This document shows positions 10,833-22,340 of a stretch of 64,000 nucleotides of DNA, piece by piece. The position numbers were made by a program, and so were the translations under genes. The stretch is from Synechococcus sp. (lineage in GTDB: Bacteria > Cyanobacteriota > Cyanobacteriia > PCC-6307 > Cyanobiaceae). The stretch is from the NCBI GenBank assembly GCA_047285805.1, contig JBJBCN010000003.1, forward strand, positions 160,001 to 224,000, in the 5' to 3' direction. The notes below the pieces were generated by a model. It was not told where the DNA came from and ran no database searches. It saw only the letters and a program-made list of their open reading frames with translations. The first letter of the stretch is position 1, and every line of letters begins with the position of its first letter.

Positions 10833-11201
10833 ATGCCCAAGGGCCAAGGCATGCAACTCACCGCAGCGGCTGCCGCAGAGCTCGGCCGCCAAGCGGCCGT
10901 CGCCGGCACCCCGGGGATGATGCACCTTGACCTTGTGGATGGCACCTGCGAGCGCTGGGTGATTCGCATCCGTCCCGGCCGACTGGCAGGCGTTCCCGTG
11001 GCCCGTGCCGATGGGATCACGCTGTTTGCCCCCGGCGACCAGGGGGAGCTACTCAACACCCTCGAGCTCGACTATCGCGGAGATCTCAGCGGGGGCGGAT
11101 TCTTGATCCGCACCGGCCGTGACCACCGTGTCTGCGCTTGTGGTGCGGCCTTTGGCCCTGCTGACGAACCCTCTCCGGGTGGCAGCACCTCGACAAAGTA
11201 A
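10833..11201 (+). CDS. HesB/IscA-like Fe-S cluster assembly accessory protein
   Basis: MQLTAAAA start, LELDY, GGGF, CACGAAF C-terminal motif. Confidence 0.7.
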   Translation: MPKGQGMQLTAAAAAELGRQAAVAGTPGMMHLDLVDGTCERWVIRIRPGRLAGVPVARADGITLFAPGDQGELLNTLELDYRGDLSGGGFLIRTGRDHRVCACGAAFGPADEPSPGGSTSTK

Positions 11202-11270
11202 TGTGGCGAATTGTCGAAACGGTCGGCTCTCCGACCTCGCTTCCGGCCCCTCGAAAACTCCCGGCCCTCG

Positions 11271-11645
11271 ATGCCCACGATTCAGCAGCTGATCCGCAGT
11301 GAGCGGACGCGCCTTACCCGCAAGACCAAGTCGCCCGCACTGCGCTCCTGCCCTGAGCGCCGTGGTGTCTGCACCCGCGTGTACACCTCAACTCCCAAGA
11401 AGCCGAACTCGGCTCTGCGGAAGGTGGCTCGTGTGCGCCTGACCTCCGGCTTCGAGGTGACCGCCTATATCCCCGGTATTGGCCACAACCTCCAGGAACA
11501 CTCCGTGGTGATGATCCGCGGCGGTCGTGTGAAGGACCTGCCTGGCGTCCGTTACCACATCATTCGCGGCACCCTGGACACCGCTGGCGTGAAGGACCGT
11601 CGTCAGTCCCGCTCCAAGTACGGCGCCAAAGCCCCCAAGGGTTGA
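11271..11645 (+). CDS. rpsL: 30S ribosomal protein S12
   Basis: [31 protein letters not shown]. Confidence 0.99.
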   Translation: MPTIQQLIRSERTRLTRKTKSPALRSCPERRGVCTRVYTSTPKKPNSALRKVARVRLTSGFEVTAYIPGIGHNLQEHSVVMIRGGRVKDLPGVRYHIIRGTLDTAGVKDRRQSRSKYGAKAPKG

Positions 11646-11686
11646 TCCCCTTCGTCGCTCGTTTCTGACTTCCTCCCCTTAGCTCT

Positions 11687-12157
11687 ATGTCACGCCGCAA
11701 CGCCGCTGAGAAGCGCCCGATTCTCCCCGATCCTCAGTTCAACAGCCGTCTTGCAACCATGATGGTTGCTCGGCTCATGAAGCACGGCAAGAAGTCCACC
11801 GCCCAGCGGATTCTTTCTGACGCCTTCACGCTGATCAACGAGCGGACCGGCAGCGACGCCCTCGAGCTGTTCGAGACCGCAGTGAAGAACGCCACTCCCC
11901 TCGTGGAAGTGCGCGCTCGTCGTGTTGGTGGCGCCACTTATCAGGTCCCCATGGAAGTGCGTCAGGAGCGCGGCACCGCGATGGCCCTGCGTTGGCTGGT
12001 GAACTTCTCCCGCTCCCGCAACGGCCGCAGCATGGCCCAGAAGCTGGCCGGTGAACTGATGGATGCCGCCAACGAAGCTGGCAGCGCCGTCCGCAAGCGC
12101 GAAGAGACCCACAAGATGGCCGAAGCCAACAAGGCCTTCGCCCACTACCGCTACTAA
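11687..12157 (+). CDS. rpsG: 30S ribosomal protein S7
   Basis: [34 protein letters not shown]. Confidence 0.99.
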   Translation: MSRRNAAEKRPILPDPQFNSRLATMMVARLMKHGKKSTAQRILSDAFTLINERTGSDALELFETAVKNATPLVEVRARRVGGATYQVPMEVRQERGTAMALRWLVNFSRSRNGRSMAQKLAGELMDAANEAGSAVRKREETHKMAEANKAFAHYRY

Positions 12158-12267
12158 GCCTCACCGGCAGGGCCGCGAGCGGTCCTGCTGCATCTCGGGT
12201 CGGGTGAGACCGACTTGTAGAGTGACGCCCGCTTTTTTGTCGATCCCACCCTCCGGAGACCTGCCCC

Positions 12268-14343
12268 GTGGCTCGCGCTATTCCCCTGGAACGCGTCAGG
12301 AATATTGGTATTGCGGCACACATTGATGCCGGTAAAACCACCACCACCGAACGAATCCTGTTCTATTCAGGTGTGGTGCACAAGATCGGTGAGGTGCATG
12401 ACGGCGCCGCCGTTACTGACTGGATGGCCCAGGAGCGCGAGCGGGGCATCACCATCACCGCTGCTGCGATTTCCACGAGCTGGAAAGACCACCGGATCAA
12501 CATCATTGATACCCCTGGTCACGTGGACTTCACCATCGAGGTGGAGCGTTCCATGCGGGTGCTGGACGGCGTGATCGCCGTTTTCTGCGCCGTGGGTGGT
12601 GTTCAGCCCCAGTCGGAAACCGTCTGGCGCCAAGCGGATCGCTACAGCGTTCCCCGCATGGTGTTCGTCAACAAGATGGACCGCACCGGCGCTGACTTCT
12701 TGAAGGTTCACAGTCAGATCAAAGATCGCCTCAAGGCCAACGCTGTTCCCATCCAGCTGCCGATCGGTGCTGAAGGTGAACTGAGCGGCATCATCGATCT
12801 CGTTAAGAACCGCGCGTTCATCTACAAGGACGACCTTGGCAAGGACATTGAAGAAGCCGATGTGCCCGCCGAGATGAAGGATCTCGTCGACGAGTGGCGG
12901 GCCACTCTGATGGAGACCGTCGCTGAAACCGATGAGGCTCTGATCGAGAAATTCCTCGAAGAGGGTGAACTGTCTGAGGCTGAACTGGCCAAGGGCATCC
13001 GTGAAGGTGTGCTGAAGCACGGCCTGGTGCCTGTGATGTGCGGCTCCGCCTTCAAGAACAAGGGTGTTCAGCTGCTGCTAGACGCCGTCGTCGACTATCT
13101 GCCCGCTCCCGTGGACGTGCCCCCGATCCAGGGCGTCCTCCCCAACGGCGACGAAGCTGTTCGCCCCTCCGACGACAACGCTCCCTTCAGCGCCCTGGCT
13201 TTCAAGGTCATGGCCGATCCCTTCGGCAAGCTGACCTTCATCCGGATGTACTCCGGCGTGCTCCAGAAGGGCAGCTACATCCTGAACTCCACCAAGGACA
13301 AGAAAGAACGCATCTCCCGTCTGATCGTGCTCAAAGCCGACGACCGCGAGGAAGTCGACGAGTTGCGCGCGGGTGACCTCGGCGCTGTTTTGGGCCTCAA
13401 GAACACCACCACCGGTGACACCCTCTGTGTCGATTCCGATCCAATCATTCTGGAATCGCTCTACATCCCCGAGCCTGTGATCTCGGTGGCAGTGGAACCC
13501 AAGACCAAGGGCGACATGGAGAAACTCTCCAAGGCCCTGCAGTCCCTGTCTGAGGAAGACCCCACCTTCCGGGTCTCTACCGATCCGGAGACCAGCCAGA
13601 CCGTGATCGCCGGCATGGGCGAACTCCACCTGGAAATCCTGGTGGACCGCATGCTTCGCGAATTCAAGGTCGAAGCCAACATCGGTGCGCCTCAGGTGTC
13701 CTACCGTGAAACCATTCGCGCGAGCGCCAAGGGCGAGGGCAAATTTGCCCGCCAAACCGGTGGTAAGGGCCAATACGGCCACGTGGTGATCGAAATGGAG
13801 CCCGGCGAGCAGGGCACCGGGTTCGAATTCGTCAACAAGATTGTTGGCGGTGCCGTTCCCAAGGAATACATCGGTCCGGCCGAGGCCGGTATGAAGGAAA
13901 CCTGCCAGTCCGGTGTGATTGCCGGTTTCCCGCTGATCGATGTCAAGGTCACCATGGTCGACGGGTCGTACCATGACGTGGACTCGTCGGAGATGGCGTT
14001 CAAAATCGCCGGCTCCATGGCCTTCAAAGACGGCGTCAAGAAGTGCAATCCTGTACTTCTTGAGCCCATGATGAAGGTCGAAGTTGAGGTTCCTGAGGAC
14101 TTCCTCGGAAGCGTCATCGGTGACCTCTCATCGCGCCGCGGTCAGGTTGAAGGACAGTCCATCGATGATGGTCAGTCCAAGGTCCAGTCCAAGGTGCCCC
14201 TGGCCGAGATGTTCGGCTACGCCACCCAGCTCCGATCCATGACCCAGGGTCGGGGTATCTTCTCGATGGAATTCAGCCATTACGAGGAAGTTCCTCGCAA
14301 TGTGGCAGAAGCCATCATCTCCAAGAATCAGGGCAATTCCTGA
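12268..14343 (+). CDS. fusA: Elongation factor G
   Basis: [30 protein letters not shown]; 691 aa. Confidence 0.99.
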   Translation: MARAIPLERVRNIGIAAHIDAGKTTTTERILFYSGVVHKIGEVHDGAAVTDWMAQERERGITITAAAISTSWKDHRINIIDTPGHVDFTIEVERSMRVLDGVIAVFCAVGGVQPQSETVWRQADRYSVPRMVFVNKMDRTGADFLKVHSQIKDRLKANAVPIQLPIGAEGELSGIIDLVKNRAFIYKDDLGKDIEEADVPAEMKDLVDEWRATLMETVAETDEALIEKFLEEGELSEAELAKGIREGVLKHGLVPVMCGSAFKNKGVQLLLDAVVDYLPAPVDVPPIQGVLPNGDEAVRPSDDNAPFSALAFKVMADPFGKLTFIRMYSGVLQKGSYILNSTKDKKERISRLIVLKADDREEVDELRAGDLGAVLGLKNTTTGDTLCVDSDPIILESLYIPEPVISVAVEPKTKGDMEKLSKALQSLSEEDPTFRVSTDPETSQTVIAGMGELHLEILVDRMLREFKVEANIGAPQVSYRETIRASAKGEGKFARQTGGKGQYGHVVIEMEPGEQGTGFEFVNKIVGGAVPKEYIGPAEAGMKETCQSGVIAGFPLIDVKVTMVDGSYHDVDSSEMAFKIAGSMAFKDGVKKCNPVLLEPMMKVEVEVPEDFLGSVIGDLSSRRGQVEGQSIDDGQSKVQSKVPLAEMFGYATQLRSMTQGRGIFSMEFSHYEEVPRNVAEAIISKNQGNS

Positions 14344-14382
14344 TCTTTTTCCTACCCATTCACCCCCCGATTCTTTTTAATC

Positions 14383-15582
<1,200 letters not shown>

Positions 15583-15617
15583 TCCTGCCGATCCGGCCTC
15601 AGCCGTGATCTAGGGTT

Positions 15618-15644
15618 GAGGGGTGGAGCTCGTCTCTACCCCTC
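15618..15644 (+). terminator. Hairpin after tuf (terminator or 3' stability element)
   Basis: GAGGGGTGGAG-CTCGT-CTCTACCCCTC 11-bp stem with one G-U pair. Confidence 0.45.
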
Positions 15645-15777
15645 TCTCATGCACCTCGACAATCCAGCTGCTTTGGGTTTGTTCCGGTTCCCCGGCACCC
15701 AGCGCTTCCCTTCCTGCGCCTTCTTCCTTCAAGGATCAAGCCAGAACCGTTGAACGCTTAACGACGTCAGACACTCC

Positions 15778-16098
15778 ATGTCCACCGCTATTGCCCAGCA
15801 GAAGATCCGCATCCGCCTGAAGGCGTTTGATCGCCGGATGCTGGATCTGTCCTGCGAAAAAATCATCGAAACGGCTGATCACACCGCTGCAACTGCGATC
15901 GGTCCGATTCCCCTGCCCACCAAGCGCAAGATCTATTGCGTGCTGCGCTCGCCCCACGTGGATAAGGACTCCCGTGAACACTTCGAGACCCGCACCCACC
16001 GCCGGATTATCGATATCTACAGCCCCTCGGCCAAGACCATCGACGCGCTGATGAAGCTGGACCTGCCCAGCGGAGTTGACATCGAAGTCAAGCTCTAA
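15778..16098 (+). CDS. rpsJ: 30S ribosomal protein S10
   Basis: [31 protein letters not shown]. Confidence 0.99.
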   Translation: MSTAIAQQKIRIRLKAFDRRMLDLSCEKIIETADHTAATAIGPIPLPTKRKIYCVLRSPHVDKDSREHFETRTHRRIIDIYSPSAKTIDALMKLDLPSGVDIEVKL

Positions 16099-16124
16099 TT
16101 CCTAGCCACCGCAGCTGGATCTCC

Positions 16125-16151
16125 AAAACCCGCCCCAGGGCGGGTTTTTTT
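16125..16151 (+). terminator. Rho-independent terminator after rpsJ
   Basis: AAAACCCGCCC-CA-GGGCGGGTTTTTTT. Confidence 0.85.
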
Positions 16152-16223
16152 GTGTGTTCGAACCACACGAAGCCGAAACACCTCTGCCTAGGATTCGCCC
16201 TCCATAGGCACAGGTGCAACAAC

Positions 16224-16895
16224 GTGACGCAACTGGCCGTGAGAGAGCTGCCGCTATTCCCGCTGCCGGATGTGGTGCTCTTCCCCCAGGAAGTGCTGCC
16301 GTTGCACATCTTTGAGCCGAGGTACCGGATGATGCTGCGCACGGTCCTTGAAAGCGACCGGCGCTTTGGCGTGGTCCGCTGGGACCCCCAAGAAGGCACG
16401 ATGGCCAGCGTGGGCTGTTGCGCGGAAATCCTGCAGTGCCAGACGCAAGAAGACGACCGCAGCTACATCGTCACCATGGGGCAGCAACGCTTCAGGCTGC
16501 TGGAAGTGGTGCGCGAAGCCCCATTCAAGGTCGGTCTGGTCAGTTGGATTGAAGACGAGAAACCCGAAGACCACAGCCAACTTAAAGAGCTCTCAGGCGA
16601 AGTCAGTTGTGCCCTCAAGGATGTGGTGGAGCTGACCGGCAAGCTGATGGGCAAGACCACGAGCCTGCCGAGCGACCTGCCCGATCTCCCGCGGGAGCTC
16701 TCATATTGGATTGGCTCGCATCTGGGGGGTCCCGTTGCGGATCAACAGCAGGCCCTGCTGGAAATCACCAACACCGAAGAACGACTGCGTCAAGAGTTCG
16801 AGCTGCTGGATGAGACACGCCGCCAGCTAGCCGCCCGAACCGTCCTGGAGTCGACCCTACGGGACCTGAAGACGAGCGAGAGCGAGGAAGACTGA
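16224..16895 (+). CDS. LON peptidase substrate-binding domain protein
   Basis: ELPLFPLPDVVLFP, LPLHIFEPRYRMM; GTG start chosen by family resemblance. Confidence 0.9.
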   Translation: MTQLAVRELPLFPLPDVVLFPQEVLPLHIFEPRYRMMLRTVLESDRRFGVVRWDPQEGTMASVGCCAEILQCQTQEDDRSYIVTMGQQRFRLLEVVREAPFKVGLVSWIEDEKPEDHSQLKELSGEVSCALKDVVELTGKLMGKTTSLPSDLPDLPRELSYWIGSHLGGPVADQQQALLEITNTEERLRQEFELLDETRRQLAARTVLESTLRDLKTSESEED

Positions 16896-16896
16896 G

Positions 16897-17883
16897 ATGA
16901 CCCCCACCGCCGTTTTGGCGCTGCTCACCCCCTGGGCGAGCGGCCTGATGCTGACCGTCGCGGTTACGGCCGTCCTGCTCTTGATTGGCCTGGCAATTTG
17001 GTCCTCGCGAGACCGCGCCTTCGAGAGCACCGCCAGCGTGGCGGAGGCCTATGACCGCTGGACCGATGACCAGCTGCTGGAGCGGCTTTGGGGCGATCAC
17101 GTACACCTCGGCCACTACGGCTCTCCGCCGCAATCCCGGGATTTCCGAGCTGCCAAAGCGGACTTCGTCCATGAGCTGGTGCGCTGGAGTGGACTGGACC
17201 AACTTGCCCCCGGCAGCAGCGTTCTGGATGTGGGCTGCGGCATCGGTGGCAGTGCCCGGATCCTGGCCCGCGACTACGGCCTGAATGTGCTCGGCATCAG
17301 CATCAGTCCAGGACAAATCCATCGGGCCCAGCAGCTCACACCCGAGGGCCTGAGCTGCCGCTTCGCGGTGATGAATGCTCTGGATCTACAGCTCGAGGAC
17401 ACCAGTTTTGATGCAGTCTGGAGCGTGGAAGCGGGCCCCCACATGCCCAACAAGCAGCGCTATGCCGATGAACTGCTAAGGGTGCTCAAACCCGGCGGCC
17501 TTCTGGCCGTGGCCGACTGGAACCGCCGCGATCCCGAAGTCAAACCCCTGAACCGCAAGGAGCGCTGGGTGATGCACCAACTCCTCGTGCAGTGGGCCCA
17601 CCCTGAATTCGCCAGCATCCCGGGATTTCGCCGCAACCTCGAGCAGAGCCGCTGGAGCAGTGGCGCCCTCGTGGAAACCGCGGATTGGAGCCGCGAGACC
17701 CTGCCCTCCTGGATCGAATCAATCCTCGAAGGCATCCGACGGCCCGGTGCGATGATGGGCCTCGGCCCTAAAGCCGTCTTGATGGGCCTGCGCGAGTCCC
17801 CCACCCTGATACTGATGCACTGGGGCTTCGCCACCGGAATGATGCATTTCGGCGTCTTCCGAACCCGCAAACCGATGGCCTAG
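16897..17883 (+). CDS. MPBQ/MSBQ methyltransferase (Sll0418-like, plastoquinone/tocopherol pathway)
   Basis: N-terminal TM, YDRWT..WGDHVHLGHYG, LDVGCGIGG SAM motif, VWSVEAGPHMP. Confidence 0.85.
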   Translation: MTPTAVLALLTPWASGLMLTVAVTAVLLLIGLAIWSSRDRAFESTASVAEAYDRWTDDQLLERLWGDHVHLGHYGSPPQSRDFRAAKADFVHELVRWSGLDQLAPGSSVLDVGCGIGGSARILARDYGLNVLGISISPGQIHRAQQLTPEGLSCRFAVMNALDLQLEDTSFDAVWSVEAGPHMPNKQRYADELLRVLKPGGLLAVADWNRRDPEVKPLNRKERWVMHQLLVQWAHPEFASIPGFRRNLEQSRWSSGALVETADWSRETLPSWIESILEGIRRPGAMMGLGPKAVLMGLRESPTLILMHWGFATGMMHFGVFRTRKPMA

Positions 17884-18704
17884 AGCAGAGTCATCGGGTA
17901 GGCGCCAAAGACCGCCAAGTGCTCGCAGAGGGGCTTAAGTTCCTCCATGGCCTGCTGCAGGGACTCCGCTCCTTCAGGAAGCTCCAGGTCCACAAAAAAG
18001 ATGTATTCGCCCATTTCCCGTTTAGAGGGGCGGGACTCGATGCGGCTCATGTTCAAGCCGCGGTGGGCAAAACAAGCCAGGGCCTTGAGCAGGGCACCGG
18101 GCTCGTTGGCATGCAGAGAGAAGGCCAAGCTGGCCAGCTCCCCTTGCCAATTGCGCTCCCCTTGGCGGAGCAGCAAAAAGCGGGTGCAGTTGCCCGGCAC
18201 ATCGTTGATCGGATAGGCCAGCTCCTCAAGCCCGTGCTCCTTGGCGGCCTGCTGGGAGGCGATGGCCGCGCGGAAATGACTGCCGGCCACCATCCGAGCC
18301 GCCTCGGCGGTCGAGCTAGTAGGTAGCTGCAGGGCATTGGGCAGGTTGTTGCTCAGCCAGAGGCTGCACTGCGCCAGAGCTTGCGGGTGGGAGAGCACTT
18401 CACTGACCCCCTCGACACTGCCACTCCCGACTAGGGCGTGGCGAATCGGCAGCACCACCGCCCGCGCAATCTTCAGCTCAGGGTGCTCCCAAAGGGCATC
18501 CAAACAAGCGGTGACCCCGCCTTCCACGGAGTTCTCGACGGGAACCACCGCCGCCTCCACCCGGACGGCCGCCAGGGCCTGGATCACCGCGCGGATACCC
18601 CTCTGAGGCAGCAGTTCAGGCGCCTCCCACTGCTCGAGCTTCGCGAAGGCCTGGGCCGCCTGCTCCCCATAGGTGCCCACCGGACCAAGAAAAGCAATGC
18701 GCAT
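17880..18704 (-). CDS. pheA: Prephenate dehydratase
   Basis: IAFLGPVGTY, PVENSVEG, SHPQALAQC, NCTRF, IESRP ACT domain. Confidence 0.96.
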   Translation of the reverse strand: MRIAFLGPVGTYGEQAAQAFAKLEQWEAPELLPQRGIRAVIQALAAVRVEAAVVPVENSVEGGVTACLDALWEHPELKIARAVVLPIRHALVGSGSVEGVSEVLSHPQALAQCSLWLSNNLPNALQLPTSSTAEAARMVAGSHFRAAIASQQAAKEHGLEELAYPINDVPGNCTRFLLLRQGERNWQGELASLAFSLHANEPGALLKALACFAHRGLNMSRIESRPSKREMGEYIFFVDLELPEGAESLQQAMEELKPLCEHLAVFGAYPMTLL

Positions 18705-18756
18705 GGGGCTGATCGGGCCGTGCTCGATAGGATCATGGCGCCCCGGCCGCCCTTTG

Positions 18757-19296
18757 ATGCCCCTGGCCTTCAGTGCCAGTCAAGCGTTGCAGTTGCCGGT
18801 GCAGCAGAACGCCGATCGTTTGGGTGCCTACCTAGACGACGAAGAGCAGGTCATTGAGGCCCTGCTCGAAGCCCAGCAGCTCAAAATGATCGCGAGTGGG
18901 CGCTACCGCTACACCGTGACCAAACTGCAGGTCTTTCAGCTGCAGATCCAACCCGTGGTGGACCTCGTGGCCCGCCGCAGCCCCAACCGCATCGAACTAG
19001 AAGCCATCGACTGCCAGCTGGAAGGTCTCGGGGTCGTCGATGATTTCCAGCTGAGCCTGACCTCCTGGCTGGAGGCCCGTGACGGTACCTTGGTGGGCGA
19101 GGCCAGCCTGGCGGTGAGCGTCAGTCAACCCAGCCTGCTGAAACTGATCCCACGCAAGGTGCTTGAGGGCACAGGCAGGTCCCTGCTTGCGGGCATCCTG
19201 CTGGGCATCAAAACCCGGGTGGGTCAGCAGTTGATCAGCGATTTCCAGCGATGGTGTGCCCAGCACGCGATCAACCCGGCTGGCGCCAAGACCTAG
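18757..19296 (+). CDS. DUF1997 family protein
   Basis: MPLAFSASQ start and resemblance to cyanobacterial DUF1997; position between pheA and rnhB. Confidence 0.75.
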   Translation: MPLAFSASQALQLPVQQNADRLGAYLDDEEQVIEALLEAQQLKMIASGRYRYTVTKLQVFQLQIQPVVDLVARRSPNRIELEAIDCQLEGLGVVDDFQLSLTSWLEARDGTLVGEASLAVSVSQPSLLKLIPRKVLEGTGRSLLAGILLGIKTRVGQQLISDFQRWCAQHAINPAGAKT

Positions 19297-19868
19297 GCAG
19301 CGAGGACCTTGCGCAGAAAACTGCGGCGATGCAGGACGGTCGGCCCCAGCTCGAGTACAGCTGCCCGGTGCTGCGCTGTCCCATAGCCCGCATGGCGCTC
19401 AAAGCCATAGCCGGGGAAGCGCTGAGCAAGACGCACCAAGAGGGCATCGCGGGCCTGCTTGGCCAAGACACTGGCCGCTGCGATCTCCAGATGCTCGCTG
19501 TCACCGCGCACCACGGTCTCCTGCGAGCCCGGCCAAAGACGCAGGGGCAGGTTCCCGTCCACCAGGACATGGTCCGGCTCCGGAGAACCCAGGCGCTGCA
19601 ATCCCCGAACCATCGCCAGTTCGGTGGCGCTGCGAATGCCGAAGCGGTCAATCTCAAGAGCGGAAGCCTGCCCGAGGGCCCAGGACTCCGCCTGCTCAAG
19701 GATCAAGGGCACCAGCTGGGCCCGGCGCTTGGCCGAGAGGGCCTTGCTGTCGGTCAAACCCGCCGCGGCCAAGGCCTCGCGGGCGGGGTCGCTCAAGATG
19801 ACTACACCGGCAAAGACAGGGCCAAACCAGCAGCCCCGCCCGACTTCATCCACACCAGCGATCCGCAT
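19293..19868 (-). CDS. rnhB: Ribonuclease HII
   Basis: [32 protein letters not shown]. Confidence 0.97.
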   Translation of the reverse strand: MRIAGVDEVGRGCWFGPVFAGVVILSDPAREALAAAGLTDSKALSAKRRAQLVPLILEQAESWALGQASALEIDRFGIRSATELAMVRGLQRLGSPEPDHVLVDGNLPLRLWPGSQETVVRGDSEHLEIAAASVLAKQARDALLVRLAQRFPGYGFERHAGYGTAQHRAAVLELGPTVLHRRSFLRKVLAA

Positions 19869-19882
19869 CGGCGCCGCAGGCC

Positions 19883-21934
19883 TCAGTCGCTGGCCGAAGA
19901 ACGGCGGCGGCGGCGGCGGGGCTCACCGTTGTCTTGAGTCTCCTCTGCAGCCGGGGTCGAGACCACAGCGACCGTTGCCGCAGGCGCTTCAGTCACTGCG
20001 ACGGTGGCTGCACTGCTGCGGCTCCGGGTGCGAGTGCGGCCCGTGCGGGCAGGCGCCGCTTCATCATGGGCCGCCGTGGCGGCCGTTGAATCGGTGATCG
20101 AAACCGTCGTCACGGGAGATTCCATGACGGCCACTTCCGTGATCGAGACGGTGGGCAGGGGGGTGATCGCCACGCCCGTGGGCTCGGTCTGGGCGACGGC
20201 GACCGGAGCAGCAGCAACGCCGTACCCATTGCCGTTGGCGTTGCTACCGCCGCGACCACGGCGGCGGCGGCGGGGACCCGCGGCCGCCAACTGCTGACGG
20301 GCCTCATCGAGGACCGCTTCAGCGTCTTGCCCCGGACGGACGACGCGCACCATCAGGTTGTCGGGATTCGGAGACGGATCCAGCAGTAGCGCCGGGTTCA
20401 GACCCAACCAGCCGTAGACCATTTCCTGTTCAGGCTCCATCGGAACAACTACCAGTTCCGGCTCAGGCCGGCGGTTGTGGCCCTCCGAGCTGCTGGTGGC
20501 CTGAGGCGGAGCATCGGCCTGGGCCGTGGCCACAACAGCTCCGTCGTCGTAGGCGGTGGTGCTGTCGACATCAGAACTGCGTCCACCACGACCGCGACCA
20601 CGGCGGCGGCCACCGCTGCCGCCCTCCAGGGCCGCGGGGGTCGAGGCTTCAGCACGGGCCGAGGCAGCTGAGCGCACCAAACCCGAGACACTGGCCAGGG
20701 GCTGGAGCGTGTCTTGACCAGGCAGGACCACCACGTGACCCAGACCACCGCAGCTGGGGCAGGCCCGGCCGAAGAGCTCATAGATGTTCTGGCCCTGACG
20801 CTTGCGGGTGAGCTCCACCAAGCCCAGTTCACTGATCTGAGCGATCTGAGGACGGGCCGAATCGGAGCGCACTTCAGAGGTGAAGTGCTCGAGCAGTTGC
20901 AGCTGATCGCGGCGTGACTCCATATCGATGAAGTCGATGATCACGACTCCACCGATGTTGCGCAGTTTCAGCTGACGGGCGATCTCAGTTGCCGCCTCGT
21001 AGTTGGTCCACAGGACCGTCTCACGGGCATTGGCAGAGCGGGTGAAGGAGCCCGAGTTGACGTCAATCACCGTCAGGGCCTCGGTGGGCTCGATGATCAC
21101 GTAGCCGCCCGAAGGCAGATCCGCCCGAGGCTTGAGGGCATCGCGGATGGCCGCGTTGACTTTGTAGTGCTCCAGGATCTGGGTGGGCTCACTGTGGTGC
21201 TCCACCAGCACCTGATGGGGATCGCTACCAAGGAAGGTGTTGACCCGGGAGACCGCATCAGGAGCGTCCACCACGATCCTCGCCACCTCTGGGGTGTAGT
21301 GGTCGCGCAGGATCCGATGAATGAAATCGTCGTCGCGGTTCAGCAGAACCGGCGGCGTCGCGGATTCAGCGGCCGTCTGAATGGCCTCCCACTGGCGCAG
21401 GAGCGCCTCGAGGTCGTCAATCAGCAGATCTTCGCTGATGCCTTCGGCCTCGGTGCGGATCAGCAGGCCTGCGCCAGGGGGCTTAATCAAGACACCCAGG
21501 GCACGCAGACGGTTGCGCTCGCTTTCAGCGGTGATCCTGCGCGAAATATTCACCCCTTGGCCATGGGGCTGAAGCACCAGGAAACGGCCCGGCAGGGTGA
21601 GGTTCCCCGTCAGCCGAGGCCCCTTCGTTCCGGTGGGCTCCTTCATGACCTGAACGAGCACTTTCTGCCGTGGCTCGAGCAGCTCGGTGATGCCGACTAT
21701 GCCTTTCTTCAGACGAAGGGGACCGAGGTCCGAGACATGAATAAAGCCATTCTTCTCACCCTCGCCGATGTTGACGAAGGCGGCATCAATGCCAGGCAGG
21801 ACGTTCTCGATCGTTCCCAGATAAACATCACCGATCTGATAGCGACCCTGTGCGACGACGAGCTCGTCGACTCGCTCATCGGTGAGAACAGCGGCAATCC
21901 GCAGTTGCTCGGCGATGACGATCTGCTGGGGCAT
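19883..21934 (-). CDS. rne: Ribonuclease E/G
   Basis: S1 domain ([10 protein letters not shown]), [32 protein letters not shown] Zn link, Arg-rich C-terminal motifs. Confidence 0.97.
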   Translation of the reverse strand: MPQQIVIAEQLRIAAVLTDERVDELVVAQGRYQIGDVYLGTIENVLPGIDAAFVNIGEGEKNGFIHVSDLGPLRLKKGIVGITELLEPRQKVLVQVMKEPTGTKGPRLTGNLTLPGRFLVLQPHGQGVNISRRITAESERNRLRALGVLIKPPGAGLLIRTEAEGISEDLLIDDLEALLRQWEAIQTAAESATPPVLLNRDDDFIHRILRDHYTPEVARIVVDAPDAVSRVNTFLGSDPHQVLVEHHSEPTQILEHYKVNAAIRDALKPRADLPSGGYVIIEPTEALTVIDVNSGSFTRSANARETVLWTNYEAATEIARQLKLRNIGGVVIIDFIDMESRRDQLQLLEHFTSEVRSDSARPQIAQISELGLVELTRKRQGQNIYELFGRACPSCGGLGHVVVLPGQDTLQPLASVSGLVRSAASARAEASTPAALEGGSGGRRRGRGRGGRSSDVDSTTAYDDGAVVATAQADAPPQATSSSEGHNRRPEPELVVVPMEPEQEMVYGWLGLNPALLLDPSPNPDNLMVRVVRPGQDAEAVLDEARQQLAAAGPRRRRRGRGGSNANGNGYGVAAAPVAVAQTEPTGVAITPLPTVSITEVAVMESPVTTVSITDSTAATAAHDEAAPARTGRTRTRSRSSAATVAVTEAPAATVAVVSTPAAEETQDNGEPRRRRRRSSASD

Positions 21935-22332
21935 GGAAGGTCAGGAAATGACCTGCACGGGGCAGGAGGGGATAAGAAATGACGCGGCTAACGCAGTGCG
22001 TTGGCCTGAGACAGAGATCTGATCGCGGCATCGCCGATGCCGGGTGACTACTGCCAGTGGGATGTGAGAAAAGCTCAGAACGCGACGCCGAGGCTGAAGC
22101 TGCGGCGAAAGAGGGGGGCGTTGAACCAGTGAGGTTGAACGCGAAAGAGTTGCGGGTGCCGGTTGGTGCCCGTCTGAACAGCGCCGCCTTAAGCGACTTT
22201 CAGGAAGGGAAACTCGTGAAAGCTGCTGAGGAAGTTCCGCTCGCTCGCCATCAACGTCGGTTGACGGGGCGGAGGAGAGATCAACGAACCGACTTCGGTC
22301 AAGGATCTGCTGTCCTGATTGCAAGCTAGCAC
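21935..22332 (-). promoter_or_regulatory. Putative rne promoter and long (~380 nt) 5' UTR
   Basis: Extended -10-like TGcTAGCTT on the minus strand (hexamer 22323-22328); no credible ORF before the rne ATG. Confidence 0.5.
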
Positions 22333-22340
22333 GGTTGATT

